The translations under genes and the position numbers were made by a program. Positions 1 to 8,522 of a stretch of 24,957 nt of DNA are shown here, in pieces; position 1 is the first letter of the stretch; each line of letters begins with the position of its first letter. The notes under the pieces were generated by a model. The model had not been told where the DNA came from. It did not search any database and worked only from the letters and a program-made list of their open reading frames with translations. This stretch comes from Pseudomonadota bacterium. Lineage in GTDB: Bacteria; UBA10199; 2-02-FULL-44-16; DYJF01. The stretch is from positions 1 through 24,957 of the forward strand of contig JBDRBB010000021.1 of the NCBI GenBank assembly GCA_043823065.1, written 5' to 3'.

Positions 1-54
1 ACGGCCTACAAATTTCATGCGCTCATCCATAACACTGGTCTCCTTCCATGGCAT
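1..54 (-). CDS. IS481-family transposase, N-terminal fragment (continues beyond the left window edge)
   Basis: The minus strand from ATG at 54 reads MPWKETSVMDERMKFVGR, matching the MPWKExSVMxERxxFV start I recognise from IS481-type transposases. An AGGAGGGGG RBS lies just upstream. The fragment is not in the ORF track because it is truncated. Confidence 0.8.
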   Translation of the reverse strand, partial: MPWKETSVMDERMKFVGR

Positions 55-142
55 ATCCCCCTCCTTTTTGGAGGAGGTTATACCAGAAAGTGTAAACCAT
101 GTGCCCGGAATAAACTGTTAAGTATGTTATCGGAACATACCA
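1..142 (-). mobile_element. Left end of an IS481-family insertion sequence
   Basis: Transposase start plus two subterminal direct repeats at 25-bp spacing: TGTAAACCATGTGCCCGGAA (91-110) and TGTTAAGTATGTTATCGGAA (116-135), 14/20 identical. The probable terminus is 5'-TGGTATGTTCCG on the minus strand at about 142; the exact end is uncertain by a few nt. Confidence 0.7.
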
Positions 143-148
143 TCAATG

Positions 149-222
149 CGCTCCCAGCGGGATTCGAACCCGCGATCTCTGCCTTGAGAGGGCAATGTCC
201 TAGGCCGCTAGACGATGGGAGC
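149..222 (-). tRNA. tRNA-Glu (anticodon CTC), CCA not encoded
   Basis: The reverse complement folds as a cloverleaf: acceptor GCTCCCA/TGGGAGC, D-arm GTCTAGCGGCCTAGGAC, anticodon arm TTGCC-CTCTCAA-GGCAG, T-arm GCGGG-TTCGAAT-CCCGC, discriminator G. Confidence 0.97.
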
Positions 223-430
223 AAGAACGCTACTCCCTAACAGACAGACAGTTTATAGGCAAGCTTATTCTTACTGAACGGAAATAATTACAAAATAAGC
301 TAATTAACATAAACTTAAATCCTAATTATTGCTATAAATTATATAAGTGAGATTAAAATTGTACTTGATCTGTATTTTTATTTTGACAGCTTATCATTTT
401 TTCCCCATTAAGAATATAAAGGAGAATCCC

Positions 431-1744
431 ATGAAAATCAAAACAACAATTCTACTGGGAGCAACCACCTGCCTATTTCCACTAACAGCTTATGCCCAAG
501 AAACAGTTGATAGTGGTTCCACAGCCTGGATGCTAACCTCAACCGCTTTAGTCTTGCTAATGATTCCTGGACTGGCCTTATTTTATGGCGGTCTGGTCCG
601 CACCAAAAATGTGCTCGGCACAATGATGCATAGCTTTGCCGCTATGGCTATCATCGGCGTACTCTGGGTTGTTTGCGGTTATTCCATGTGTTTTGGCACA
701 AATGTTCTAGGTGGTTGGATTGGCTGGAATCCAGATTACCTTTTTTTACATGGCATTGATGAAACCATCATGAACAACGTTCCAGAATATGTCTTTGCTA
801 TGTTTCAAGGGAAGTTTGCCATCATTACCCCAGCCCTGATTGCTGGCGCCTTTGCCGAACGGGTTAACTTTCGTTCCTATTGCTTTTTTATCATCCTCTG
901 GTCTTTACTAGTCTACAATCCTTTGTGTCACTGGGTTTGGGCCAGCGATGGTTTTTTATTTAATATGGGCGCTAGCGGAGCAATTGATTTTGCAGGTGGC
1001 ACAGTAGTGCACATCTCCTCTGGTATCAGCGGCTTAATCCTTGCTCTCTACCTTGGTGCCAGACGTGGCTATCCGAAAACCGCCATGCATCCAACCAACT
1101 TAGTTCTAACCTTAACCGGCCTAGGGCTGCTCTGGGTGGGTTGGTTTGGCTTTAATGCTGGCAGCGCAATTTCCAGCAGCCTGCAAACAGCACAAGCCCT
1201 GGTGGCAACCCAAGCTGCCGCAGCATCTGGAGCGCTAACCTGGATGATAATTGAAGCAGCAACTTATAAAAAACCTTCTTCCTTGGGAGTAGCTAGCGGA
1301 GTGCTTGCCGGCCTGGTTGCCATCACTCCAGCCGCAGGAGTTGTTAGACCTGCGGGAGCTATAGTCATAGGCTCTATAGCTGCCATGATTTGCTATTTAG
1401 TGATACGTCTCAAAAACAAACTTGGTTACGATGACAGTCTTGACGCTTTTGGTATCCACGGCATGGGCGGCATCATTGGAGCACTCTTGCTCAGTTTTTT
1501 TATTAGAAAAACCTGGATGGCCCACGCAGCCACTAAGATCCCCAACTGGAGTCACCTGGATCAATTTATAGTTCAGCTCAAAGCTGTTTTAATTGCTGGT
1601 TCCTATGCAGCTCTAGTTACGCTTGTTATTGCTATTGCCTTGCAAAAAACCCTTGGGTTTAGAGCCACACCTGAGGACGAGCTATCTGGTTTAGATTTTA
1701 GCATGCATGGTGAGCAAGCTTATGGCATGCTCAATGCTGACTAA
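431..1744 (+). CDS. amtB: Ammonium transporter (Amt/AmtB family)
   Basis: Motifs PGLALFYGG, FQGKFAIIT, HWVW, DFAGGTVVH, WFGFNAGS, DDSLDAFGIHG (twin-His pair intact) and C-terminal GLDFSMHGEQAY. Start moved to ATG 431, which follows an AAGGAG RBS and begins a signal-peptide-like segment. Confidence 0.95.
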   Translation: MKIKTTILLGATTCLFPLTAYAQETVDSGSTAWMLTSTALVLLMIPGLALFYGGLVRTKNVLGTMMHSFAAMAIIGVLWVVCGYSMCFGTNVLGGWIGWNPDYLFLHGIDETIMNNVPEYVFAMFQGKFAIITPALIAGAFAERVNFRSYCFFIILWSLLVYNPLCHWVWASDGFLFNMGASGAIDFAGGTVVHISSGISGLILALYLGARRGYPKTAMHPTNLVLTLTGLGLLWVGWFGFNAGSAISSSLQTAQALVATQAAAASGALTWMIIEAATYKKPSSLGVASGVLAGLVAITPAAGVVRPAGAIVIGSIAAMICYLVIRLKNKLGYDDSLDAFGIHGMGGIIGALLLSFFIRKTWMAHAATKIPNWSHLDQFIVQLKAVLIAGSYAALVTLVIAIALQKTLGFRATPEDELSGLDFSMHGEQAYGMLNAD

Positions 1745-1774
1745 TTATTACTACAAATAATGGAGAAAAAAATT

Positions 1775-2116
1775 ATGAAGATAATTACCGCAATAATTCA
1801 TCCCAACATGTTAGATCAAGTGCGAGAAGCTCTTATCGCTGCTGAAATCACTCGGATAACAGTTAGCAGGTGCTCTGGCCACGGTCGGTATGAAGGTGAA
1901 CAGATCTACCGAGGTCAGCGCGTTGTGCCCTCACTAGTACCCATGGTTAGATTAGATATCGCAGTTAACGATGAGTTTATGGATATTACGGTCAACACTA
2001 TTCTAAAAACAGCTAAACAAGATAATGGGAAAATTGGGGATGGAAAAATATTTATCACTCCTTTAGAAGAATGTATCCGTATTCGTACCAATGAGCGTGG
2101 AGGACAGGCAATATAA
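1775..2116 (+). CDS. glnK: PII nitrogen regulatory protein (GlnK/GlnB family), divergent T-loop
   Basis: GxGR..YRG T-loop, KIGDGKIF B-loop and IRIRT C-loop; lies directly after amt. Start ATG 1775 follows GGAG at 1762-1765. Confidence 0.9.
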   Translation: MKIITAIIHPNMLDQVREALIAAEITRITVSRCSGHGRYEGEQIYRGQRVVPSLVPMVRLDIAVNDEFMDITVNTILKTAKQDNGKIGDGKIFITPLEECIRIRTNERGGQAI

Positions 2117-2176
2117 ATAATTCATTTGCGATATGATTCAATTATGCTAGCTTCTGCATCACAACAAGGGGGATTT

Positions 2177-4363
2177 ATGAAAAAATTTTGGTGTAAAGGA
2201 TTAGTTGTAATTACTTGCCTGGCTTTTTTTTCAGCCTGCGGTGGCGGCGGAGGAAGCAGTGGTGGTAGTAGCAATTGGAATACTGGCAGCGAAAGCAACC
2301 CAACTTTAAAAGCTGTAGATGCTGCTGGCACCGAAGTAACTTCCATTCCGCCCAATCAACCTCTGATTGGCAGCGCTACTGGATTACTGCAAAATGGTGT
2401 TTATAATGTAGCCCTAACTGACCCCAACGGCACAGCAGTATTTAGCAAAAACCTAACGCTGGTTACTGATGGAAGCGGCAACTTGGACGCTTCAGTTTTA
2501 GCCTACCTGGGCAATGACACTCAAACTCAAGCTAGCGCCATGACTGTTAATACTTCCAGAAGTGGATTTAAGACAACCAAAGTTAACTACAAGGCAATCA
2601 CACCTGGAACCTATACAGCTCACATCTGTAAATCCACGGAATCCACCTGCGATGCTAGCACAGCTTCTTCAACCATGACCTTAACCGTAGATGATACTCA
2701 GCCTTATGTTTACTCTACAGACTCCACTGGAACTGGCGGCATAAATTCTTTTGAAAATGGCGCAGGAGATGTATATGCAGATGTTTCTGGCGCAACTGCT
2801 GGCCAAACTATAGATTTCTATGTAGTAGCCAACAGCTTTCAGGTTTTATCAGATCAAGATCCAATTCCTTCCAGCATTACCTCAACCGGCGTGGTAACTC
2901 CAACGCCTTCCTGTGTGGTAGCTGCAGATGGCACATGTACCGGTGGCCCTATCCTACTTTGGACCGATGCTAATGCTACTTTAGATAACCAAGCAGCTCT
3001 TTTTGACGTAATCGCTGACGTAGATCAAGATGGTCTTTGGGATGCAGCAACTGATTTAATTGATGCTGCTGGTTATATTCCAGGCTTTACCATTCAAGAA
3101 CCTTCTTCAGCTGCTTCAGCAAATATTGCCGCAATTACGCTAGGTAGCAGTAACCGCATTGCTGATATCGCCGCTACCCGCGAAGGATCTGGCTATTGTA
3201 CACATCGAAATCAGTTTATGGTAAATCAAACTGATATTAGCGGTTATTTAAATCCAATATACCAAAGTTTAGATCCGCATGACATTGCCTATAAAATTAT
3301 TATTCTTCATGATGACAATCTTTCTGATGGTGATACTTTAGTTCCTATTCAGAATTTTGGTTATGATTACACTGTTGATGCCTTACAATGGGGTTGTACC
3401 AATGAAGGTTGTATTCTACTTTGGCCAAAAGGCACCCAAGTATGCGGCGAATATGATGTTGTTCTAGATGTAAATCAAAATCTTGTTTACGACGCTGGAA
3501 TTGACTTCATTGATGGTTATTTAGACAATCCTGGTTTTATCATCTCTGGTTGTGAAGGTGCACCAACAGTAACCATCAACTCTATCACAGATGGTGATGG
3601 CAGCTCTGTTGCTCTGGCCGGAACAACAAGTTCATCCACAGCCTTATTCAACTTCACCGTGGAGCTAGGAACAGGAACCAGCATTTCTGAATGTAAAATC
3701 TTTTGGCTAAGATCATCTTCGTCTAGTAATGCTGATATCAACACCACATCACCTATAAATATTACAACTGGCGGAACAACAGATACCCAGCCAATCAGTC
3801 TCTTTAATGGAGAGAACACTGTGCGCATCTTCTGCAAGGATAACAATGGACTGTTGGGTGCAGCCAATACTACAATTAATTCAACCAATACTGCTACTAA
3901 CAACATCCATTTTCAAGCTACGTTAAACTGGAACGGGCCTGTTTCAGGCAATGATATGGATTTACACTTAATTCAGCCAGGTGGAACATTCGACGACATC
4001 ACTGATTGCTATTATGCTAATTGCCAGGAATCATCTGGCGGAAATACCACGGTAGGTGCGTTCCTTAACGTTGATTGCATTGATCAATGCAATGGACCAG
4101 AAAATATCTGGATTCCTAACACAAACCCGTTATCAGCAGGCAATTATTCTGTATGTGTTTATCCCTATAATGGTGACCTGGCAACTGATCTGCAGATTCA
4201 AGTATTTGACGGTAGTGGCACTTTAATTGACACAGCCACACGTGCCACCCTTCCAGAATCTACAGGTCAAACCTGGTTAGTGGGCTATTTCTCCTGTACC
4301 GCAGGAACATCTGGCCTCTGCACCTGGTCAAAAATTGATTCATTGGGAACTAATTGTAATTGA
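2177..4363 (+). CDS. Large Cys/Thr/Ser-rich lipoprotein with an internal repeat and a C-terminal YfaP/DUF2135-like domain
   Basis: Lipoprotein signal MKKFWCKGLVVITCLAFFSA-C followed by a Gly/Ser tether. The C-terminal LNWNG..NDMDLHLIQP...LNVD...GPENI segment resembles YfaP/DUF2135. Start ATG 2177 follows AAGGGGGA. Confidence 0.7.
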   Translation: MKKFWCKGLVVITCLAFFSACGGGGGSSGGSSNWNTGSESNPTLKAVDAAGTEVTSIPPNQPLIGSATGLLQNGVYNVALTDPNGTAVFSKNLTLVTDGSGNLDASVLAYLGNDTQTQASAMTVNTSRSGFKTTKVNYKAITPGTYTAHICKSTESTCDASTASSTMTLTVDDTQPYVYSTDSTGTGGINSFENGAGDVYADVSGATAGQTIDFYVVANSFQVLSDQDPIPSSITSTGVVTPTPSCVVAADGTCTGGPILLWTDANATLDNQAALFDVIADVDQDGLWDAATDLIDAAGYIPGFTIQEPSSAASANIAAITLGSSNRIADIAATREGSGYCTHRNQFMVNQTDISGYLNPIYQSLDPHDIAYKIIILHDDNLSDGDTLVPIQNFGYDYTVDALQWGCTNEGCILLWPKGTQVCGEYDVVLDVNQNLVYDAGIDFIDGYLDNPGFIISGCEGAPTVTINSITDGDGSSVALAGTTSSSTALFNFTVELGTGTSISECKIFWLRSSSSSNADINTTSPINITTGGTTDTQPISLFNGENTVRIFCKDNNGLLGAANTTINSTNTATNNIHFQATLNWNGPVSGNDMDLHLIQPGGTFDDITDCYYANCQESSGGNTTVGAFLNVDCIDQCNGPENIWIPNTNPLSAGNYSVCVYPYNGDLATDLQIQVFDGSGTLIDTATRATLPESTGQTWLVGYFSCTAGTSGLCTWSKIDSLGTNCN

Positions 4364-4393
4364 TAAATTGATTTAAGTTCAGCATAGATTATA

Positions 4394-4424
4394 AAAAACG
4401 GCCACCTTTACGGTGGCCGTTTTT
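4394..4424 (+). terminator. Intrinsic terminator, possibly bidirectional
   Basis: AAAAA-CGGCCACC-tttac-GGTGGCCG-TTTTT: perfect 8-bp GC-rich stem with A and T tracts, 30 nt after the lipoprotein stop. Confidence 0.85.
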
Positions 4425-4437
4425 AAAGGAATACATT

Positions 4438-5157
4438 ATGAAAACACTTATCATTAACGGCAGTCCAAGCGGTGAAAAAGGCAAGACCTGGTGGGCGTTA
4501 GAGCGTTTCATCCAGGGCATGGAAAAAGCTGGCGCTCAAGTTTCTGTACTAAATCTTGCTGGCAAAAACATTCACTACTGCACCGGCGAGTTAGCGTGTT
4601 GGTTTAAAACTCCTAGCCAGTGTATCCATAAAGATGACATGCAAGCCATGCTTCCTATGTTGACTGATGTGCGGGCTTTGGTTTTAGCAACCCCTGTTTA
4701 TGTTGACGGCATGTCAGGCCTTTTAAAAAACTTTATCGATCGCCTGGTAGTGGGCGCTGATCCGCATCTAAAGTTAACTCATGGACATACCCGCCATGTG
4801 AGCAAAAATAACACGATTAAACAAATAGCTTTGGTCTCTGTTTGCGGTTATCCAGAACTGGATAATTTTAGTCCGCTGATTCACCATGTAGAAGCAATGT
4901 GCAAAAACTTTGAGGCAGATTTTTCCGGAGCAATCTTGCGTCCGCAAGCTCCAGCCCTAGATGTAGCAAAAATTTATCATCCCTTAAAATATCGTTCTAT
5001 TTCTAATGCCACCAAACAAGCTGGCCAGGAATTTATTCGAGATGGTGAAATAAAAGCAGATACTGCAGATCTTGCAGCCCAAGAAATTTTCCCTCAAGAA
5101 GAATATATCAAAGCAGCAAATAAGGAGTTTGATAAAGTCTTAAAAGCTAGACCATAG
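4438..5157 (+). CDS. Flavodoxin-like / NADPH-dependent FMN reductase (iron-sulfur flavoprotein-like)
   Basis: N-terminal IINGSP, Cys cluster CTGELACWFKTPSQC-HKDDM, and ATPVY..GMSGLLKNFIDR. Confidence 0.85.
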   Translation: MKTLIINGSPSGEKGKTWWALERFIQGMEKAGAQVSVLNLAGKNIHYCTGELACWFKTPSQCIHKDDMQAMLPMLTDVRALVLATPVYVDGMSGLLKNFIDRLVVGADPHLKLTHGHTRHVSKNNTIKQIALVSVCGYPELDNFSPLIHHVEAMCKNFEADFSGAILRPQAPALDVAKIYHPLKYRSISNATKQAGQEFIRDGEIKADTADLAAQEIFPQEEYIKAANKEFDKVLKARP

Positions 5158-5159
5158 TC

Positions 5160-5804
5160 TTATTTCGGCACTTTTTCCCAATCCTTCATAAATTTCTCAA
5201 TTCCAATATCTGTTAAAGGATGGGCGATGAGTTGCTTGATTACGGCAAAAGGAACAGTGCAAACATCTGCGCCGATTTGGGCAGCAGCGCTTACGTGCAG
5301 CGGATTTCTGATTGAAGCTACAATTACTTCTGTTTCATAACCATAATTATCATAGGCTTGCACTACATCAGCTATTATATCCATGCCAATATGATTAATA
5401 TCATCTAGCCTACCTACAAACGGGCTAACATAGGTAGCACCTGCTTTAGCAACCAAGATAGCCTGGTTTGAACTAAAACAAAGAGTGGCATTGGTATGAA
5501 TGCCTTTATCTTTTAAAATTTTAATGGCTTTAAGACCTTCGATGGTAGTGGGAATTTTAATCACTACATTTTTGGCCAAATCAGCCAATTTTTCAGCTTC
5601 ACTAACCATACCCTTGGCGTCCAAGCTATTTACTTCCAGACTTACCGGCCCTTTAACTTCTGCCAAAATATCTTTTACTACACTTTTAAAATCCCGGCCA
5701 GTTCTGGCAACCAAAGTAGGATTAGTGGTCACGCCATCTAAAACACCCATGGCATTGGCTTCCTTAATTTCATTAATATCTGCAGTGTCGATAAAAAGTT
5801 TCAT
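5160..5804 (-). CDS. tal: Transaldolase (small TalC/MipB/FSA-type family)
   Basis: FIDTA, GVTTNP and the Schiff-base Lys in VVIKIP. Glu in GPVSLEV and Phe in SPFVGR are the transaldolase-type residues (FSA has Gln and Tyr). GGAGGAG RBS. Confidence 0.92.
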   Translation of the reverse strand: MKLFIDTADINEIKEANAMGVLDGVTTNPTLVARTGRDFKSVVKDILAEVKGPVSLEVNSLDAKGMVSEAEKLADLAKNVVIKIPTTIEGLKAIKILKDKGIHTNATLCFSSNQAILVAKAGATYVSPFVGRLDDINHIGMDIIADVVQAYDNYGYETEVIVASIRNPLHVSAAAQIGADVCTVPFAVIKQLIAHPLTDIGIEKFMKDWEKVPK

Positions 5805-5830
5805 TTCTCCTCCTAATGTATATTAACCCA

Positions 5831-5957
5831 TGCCTAAAATTATAAAGACTCTCGGCCGACTTTTCTCACCTCCTTCTGGCTATCACGAAACTATTAGCAA
5901 CTTAAGTAATCACAGTCCGGTTCGAAAAGCCGCCCTACGTCTTTATAATTTCAGGCA
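5831..5957. repeat. 127-bp palindromic element (MITE-like or structured RNA)
   Basis: 19-bp inverted repeats TGCCTAAAATTATAAAGAC (5831-5849) and GTCTTTATAATTTCAGGCA (5939-5957) with 1 mismatch, plus an inner stem GGCCGACTTTTC / GAAAAGCCGCCC. Confidence 0.8.
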
Positions 5958-6178
5958 CAACTTTTACTACAATAGTAGCTTCCATTCTTTTCCAAAGCTT
6001 CGTTTTTAAGTACAAAGGTTTCGCACTTGGCGCAAGCCACCATTTCACCAGGCTTAACAGTTTGGATTGGATTAGTTCTGACTGCCCTGCCCCTCTGTCC
6101 TACCGCCCTTTTCAGCATCTTTTTATAAAGTGCGTAAATAATCCAACTAAAAAAACCTATTAACAATAATCTAAACAT
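5951..6178 (-). CDS. Small membrane-anchored Cys-motif protein (PP0621-like / TRASH-like metal-binding)
   Basis: N-terminal hydrophobic helix, then MVACAKC...A....G.YYCSKSC. The start overlaps the folK stop (TAATG). Confidence 0.7.
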   Translation of the reverse strand: MFRLLLIGFFSWIIYALYKKMLKRAVGQRGRAVRTNPIQTVKPGEMVACAKCETFVLKNEALEKNGSYYCSKSCA

Positions 6179-6657
6179 TATTTCTTTTCTCTCCTAGAAT
6201 TAAGCAACTCTTTGACCGTTTTCTTATATATAGGATGAACCAGGTTTTCATCTATATCACATAATGGTTCTAACACAAACGATCTTTTATCTGCCTGCGG
6301 ATGCGGGATAGTTAATCTATGATTCTCAAAAAAGGTATTATTATAAAACAAAAGATCAAGATCAATAGTGCGCGGCTGCCACCTGGCATCTGATATTGTC
6401 CGCCCCATTTTATGTTCAACTTCTTTAACAAAATTTAATAATTCTTCTGGTTGTAAATCTGTCACAATCTTTACTGCACCGTTAATAAATTTGGGTTGTT
6501 CCTCACTATCTATGGTTTGCGCTTCAGTTTCATACCACTTGGAAACTGCTTTAACTATAACGTGCGGATGTGCTTGCAAATGATCAATTGCGGTTTGGCA
6601 ATTCTGTTCTCGATTGCCAAGATTCGAGCCGATTCCTATATATACTGTATGATTCAT
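6178..6657 (-). CDS. folK: 2-amino-4-hydroxy-6-hydroxymethyldihydropteridine diphosphokinase
   Basis: YIGIGSNLG, RWQPRTIDLDLL, LTIPHP and RSFVLEPL motifs. Confidence 0.95.
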   Translation of the reverse strand: MNHTVYIGIGSNLGNREQNCQTAIDHLQAHPHVIVKAVSKWYETEAQTIDSEEQPKFINGAVKIVTDLQPEELLNFVKEVEHKMGRTISDARWQPRTIDLDLLFYNNTFFENHRLTIPHPQADKRSFVLEPLCDIDENLVHPIYKKTVKELLNSRREKK

Positions 6658-7808
6658 AATCTAGTTATTCTTTCTGCAGCTTCATTTAAGCGTTCTGTAG
6701 CAGCAGTTAAAGAAAACCGCACATACCCTTGTCCATGCTCTCCAAAACCCAAGCCTGGAGTAGCTACAACCGCAGCTTGTTCTAAAAGCTGCTTACAAAA
6801 AGCTATGGAATCATTTCCTTGGGGAAGCCTAGACCAAACATAAAAAGAAGCTTGCGAAGGCCAAACCTTAAAACCCATTTTTGCCAAAGCTTGCGCAAAA
6901 AATTCGCGGCGCTGGCCATAAATTGCGCTAATCTCTGGAATGACTGAATCTAATTCCTTCATGGCAAAAACTGCGGCGCGTTCAATTGCCATAAAAGCGC
7001 CTGAATCAACATTTTGTTTTACTTTAGCTAGAGTTCTAATTGCATCTGGATTACCAGCTGCAAAAGCAATGCGCCAACCAGTTATGCAAAAAGTTTTGGA
7101 AAAAGAATGCATCTCTATTGCCACATCTTTTGCTCCAGGGATACTCAAAATACTTAAGGGCTTTTGCTCACCTTCATATATTTCAATATAGGCAGCATCA
7201 TGACAGATCAAAAAACTATATTTTTTAGCCAAAGCTATTGCTTTTTTAAAAAACTCTTTGGTTGCACAGGCTGAAGTTGGATTATTAGGATAATTCAAAA
7301 ATAAAAGTTTGGTTTTTTGCAAAACTTCTTCAGGAATTTTATCAAAATCAGGCATAAAACAATTTTCTTCAAGTAATGGTAGATAATATGGGGTGCCGCC
7401 GGTCATAATTGTAGCTTGGGAATAAACCGGGTAACCAGGTGAAGGAACCAATACCACCTCTCCAGGATTAACTGTACCCCAAATTAAATGGGCAATTCCT
7501 TCTTTTGAACCAATCAGAGCAGTTACTTCTTTTTCGGCATCAACTTTTACCTGATGGCGTTTATTTAACCAATCAGCAGCAGCCTGTCTAAAATTTAAAC
7601 TGCCTATGTAATCTGGATAACGATGCAAACTATGATCATTAAGCGCAGATTTTAAATATTCAATCAAAGCAAATGAAGGCGGCAAATCAGGATCACCAAT
7701 AGATAAATCAATTAGATCTGCTCCTTTAGCTCTGGCTTGTTTTTTTTGCTGATCAAGATCAGCAAAAAGATAAGGGGGTAAATTTTTCAAACACTGGGCA
7801 AAATTCAT
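6654..7808 (-). CDS. dapL: LL-diaminopimelate aminotransferase (class I/II PLP aminotransferase)
   Basis: LPPYLFA, GSKEGIAH, LNYPNNPT, HDAAY and SFSKTF..TGWR. Position in the dapF-dapA-dapB operon supports the DapL assignment. Confidence 0.85.
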   Translation of the reverse strand: MNFAQCLKNLPPYLFADLDQQKKQARAKGADLIDLSIGDPDLPPSFALIEYLKSALNDHSLHRYPDYIGSLNFRQAAADWLNKRHQVKVDAEKEVTALIGSKEGIAHLIWGTVNPGEVVLVPSPGYPVYSQATIMTGGTPYYLPLLEENCFMPDFDKIPEEVLQKTKLLFLNYPNNPTSACATKEFFKKAIALAKKYSFLICHDAAYIEIYEGEQKPLSILSIPGAKDVAIEMHSFSKTFCITGWRIAFAAGNPDAIRTLAKVKQNVDSGAFMAIERAAVFAMKELDSVIPEISAIYGQRREFFAQALAKMGFKVWPSQASFYVWSRLPQGNDSIAFCKQLLEQAAVVATPGLGFGEHGQGYVRFSLTAATERLNEAAERITRL

Positions 7809-7813
7809 TAGCT

Positions 7814-8518
7814 TTATCCTTTCAGTCCTAGCACATCTTCCATAGTATAAAGTGCGGGAGGTTTTTCAATTATCCATTGCGCAGCCCTTAATGCTCCTTG
7901 CGCAAAAACTTTTCTATCCAAAGCCTGATGTTTAATTTCCAAAATTTCATCAGCGCTGGTAAAACGAATCAAATGATCGCCAATGGTTTCGCCCTGCCTG
8001 ATTGATTCTATATTGATTTCCTTGGCTTGTTGTTGATTTAAGCCAGCTTCGGCAACAACTACTTCTAAAAGTTTTTTGGCAGTGCCACTGGGCTGATCTT
8101 TTTTGTGCACATGATGTTCTTCAATAATTTTAATTTTGGAACTTGCAGCTAAAACCGCTGCAGCCCTACCTGCCAGCTTCCACAATAAATTAACACCAAT
8201 GCTCATATTTGGGGCATAAACAATGGGCACTATTTCACTAGCTTTCTTAATTTCCAATTCTTCTTCCAGACTTAAACCAGTGGTGCCAATAACCAAAGGA
8301 ACTTTATTCCTGGCAGCAACTAAAGCATGGTCTGCTGCTGCTTCTTTAGCTGAAAAATCTATCACCACCTCTCCCTTGGCAATCACTGCTTCCAAGGGCT
8401 GATCTTTTTCAGCTTGGCCAACTACAACAAAATTGGCAGATTGCTGGGCTAACTGCACAATTAATGATCCCATCCGACCATTAGCCCCAGAAATGATTAA
8501 CTTGATTTTTTTATCCAT
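7814..8518 (-). CDS. dapB: 4-hydroxy-tetrahydrodipicolinate reductase
   Basis: GANGRMG, IDFS, IGTTG, APNMSIG and EEHHVHKKDQPSGTA. Confidence 0.96.
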   Translation of the reverse strand: MDKKIKLIISGANGRMGSLIVQLAQQSANFVVVGQAEKDQPLEAVIAKGEVVIDFSAKEAAADHALVAARNKVPLVIGTTGLSLEEELEIKKASEIVPIVYAPNMSIGVNLLWKLAGRAAAVLAASSKIKIIEEHHVHKKDQPSGTAKKLLEVVVAEAGLNQQQAKEINIESIRQGETIGDHLIRFTSADEILEIKHQALDRKVFAQGALRAAQWIIEKPPALYTMEDVLGLKG

Positions 8519-8522
8519 ATTT

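Noticed and set aside
382..397. TTTGACAGCTTATCAT matches my recollection of the pBR322 tet promoter -35 region
   Set aside because: The match is only 16 nt and the flanks are not vector-like. No good -10 lies at 17 bp, so neither contamination nor a promoter was called.
347..430. Longer Amt start (and similarly the upstream starts at 2126, 14956, 20256, 21455 and 22770)
   Set aside because: Downstream starts have better RBS, signal peptide or family N-terminus support.
5831..5957. 6S RNA, SRP RNA or an intrinsic terminator
   Set aside because: Short for 6S, no recognisable SRP domain IV helix, and no U-tract. An Rfam search is still needed to exclude these formally.
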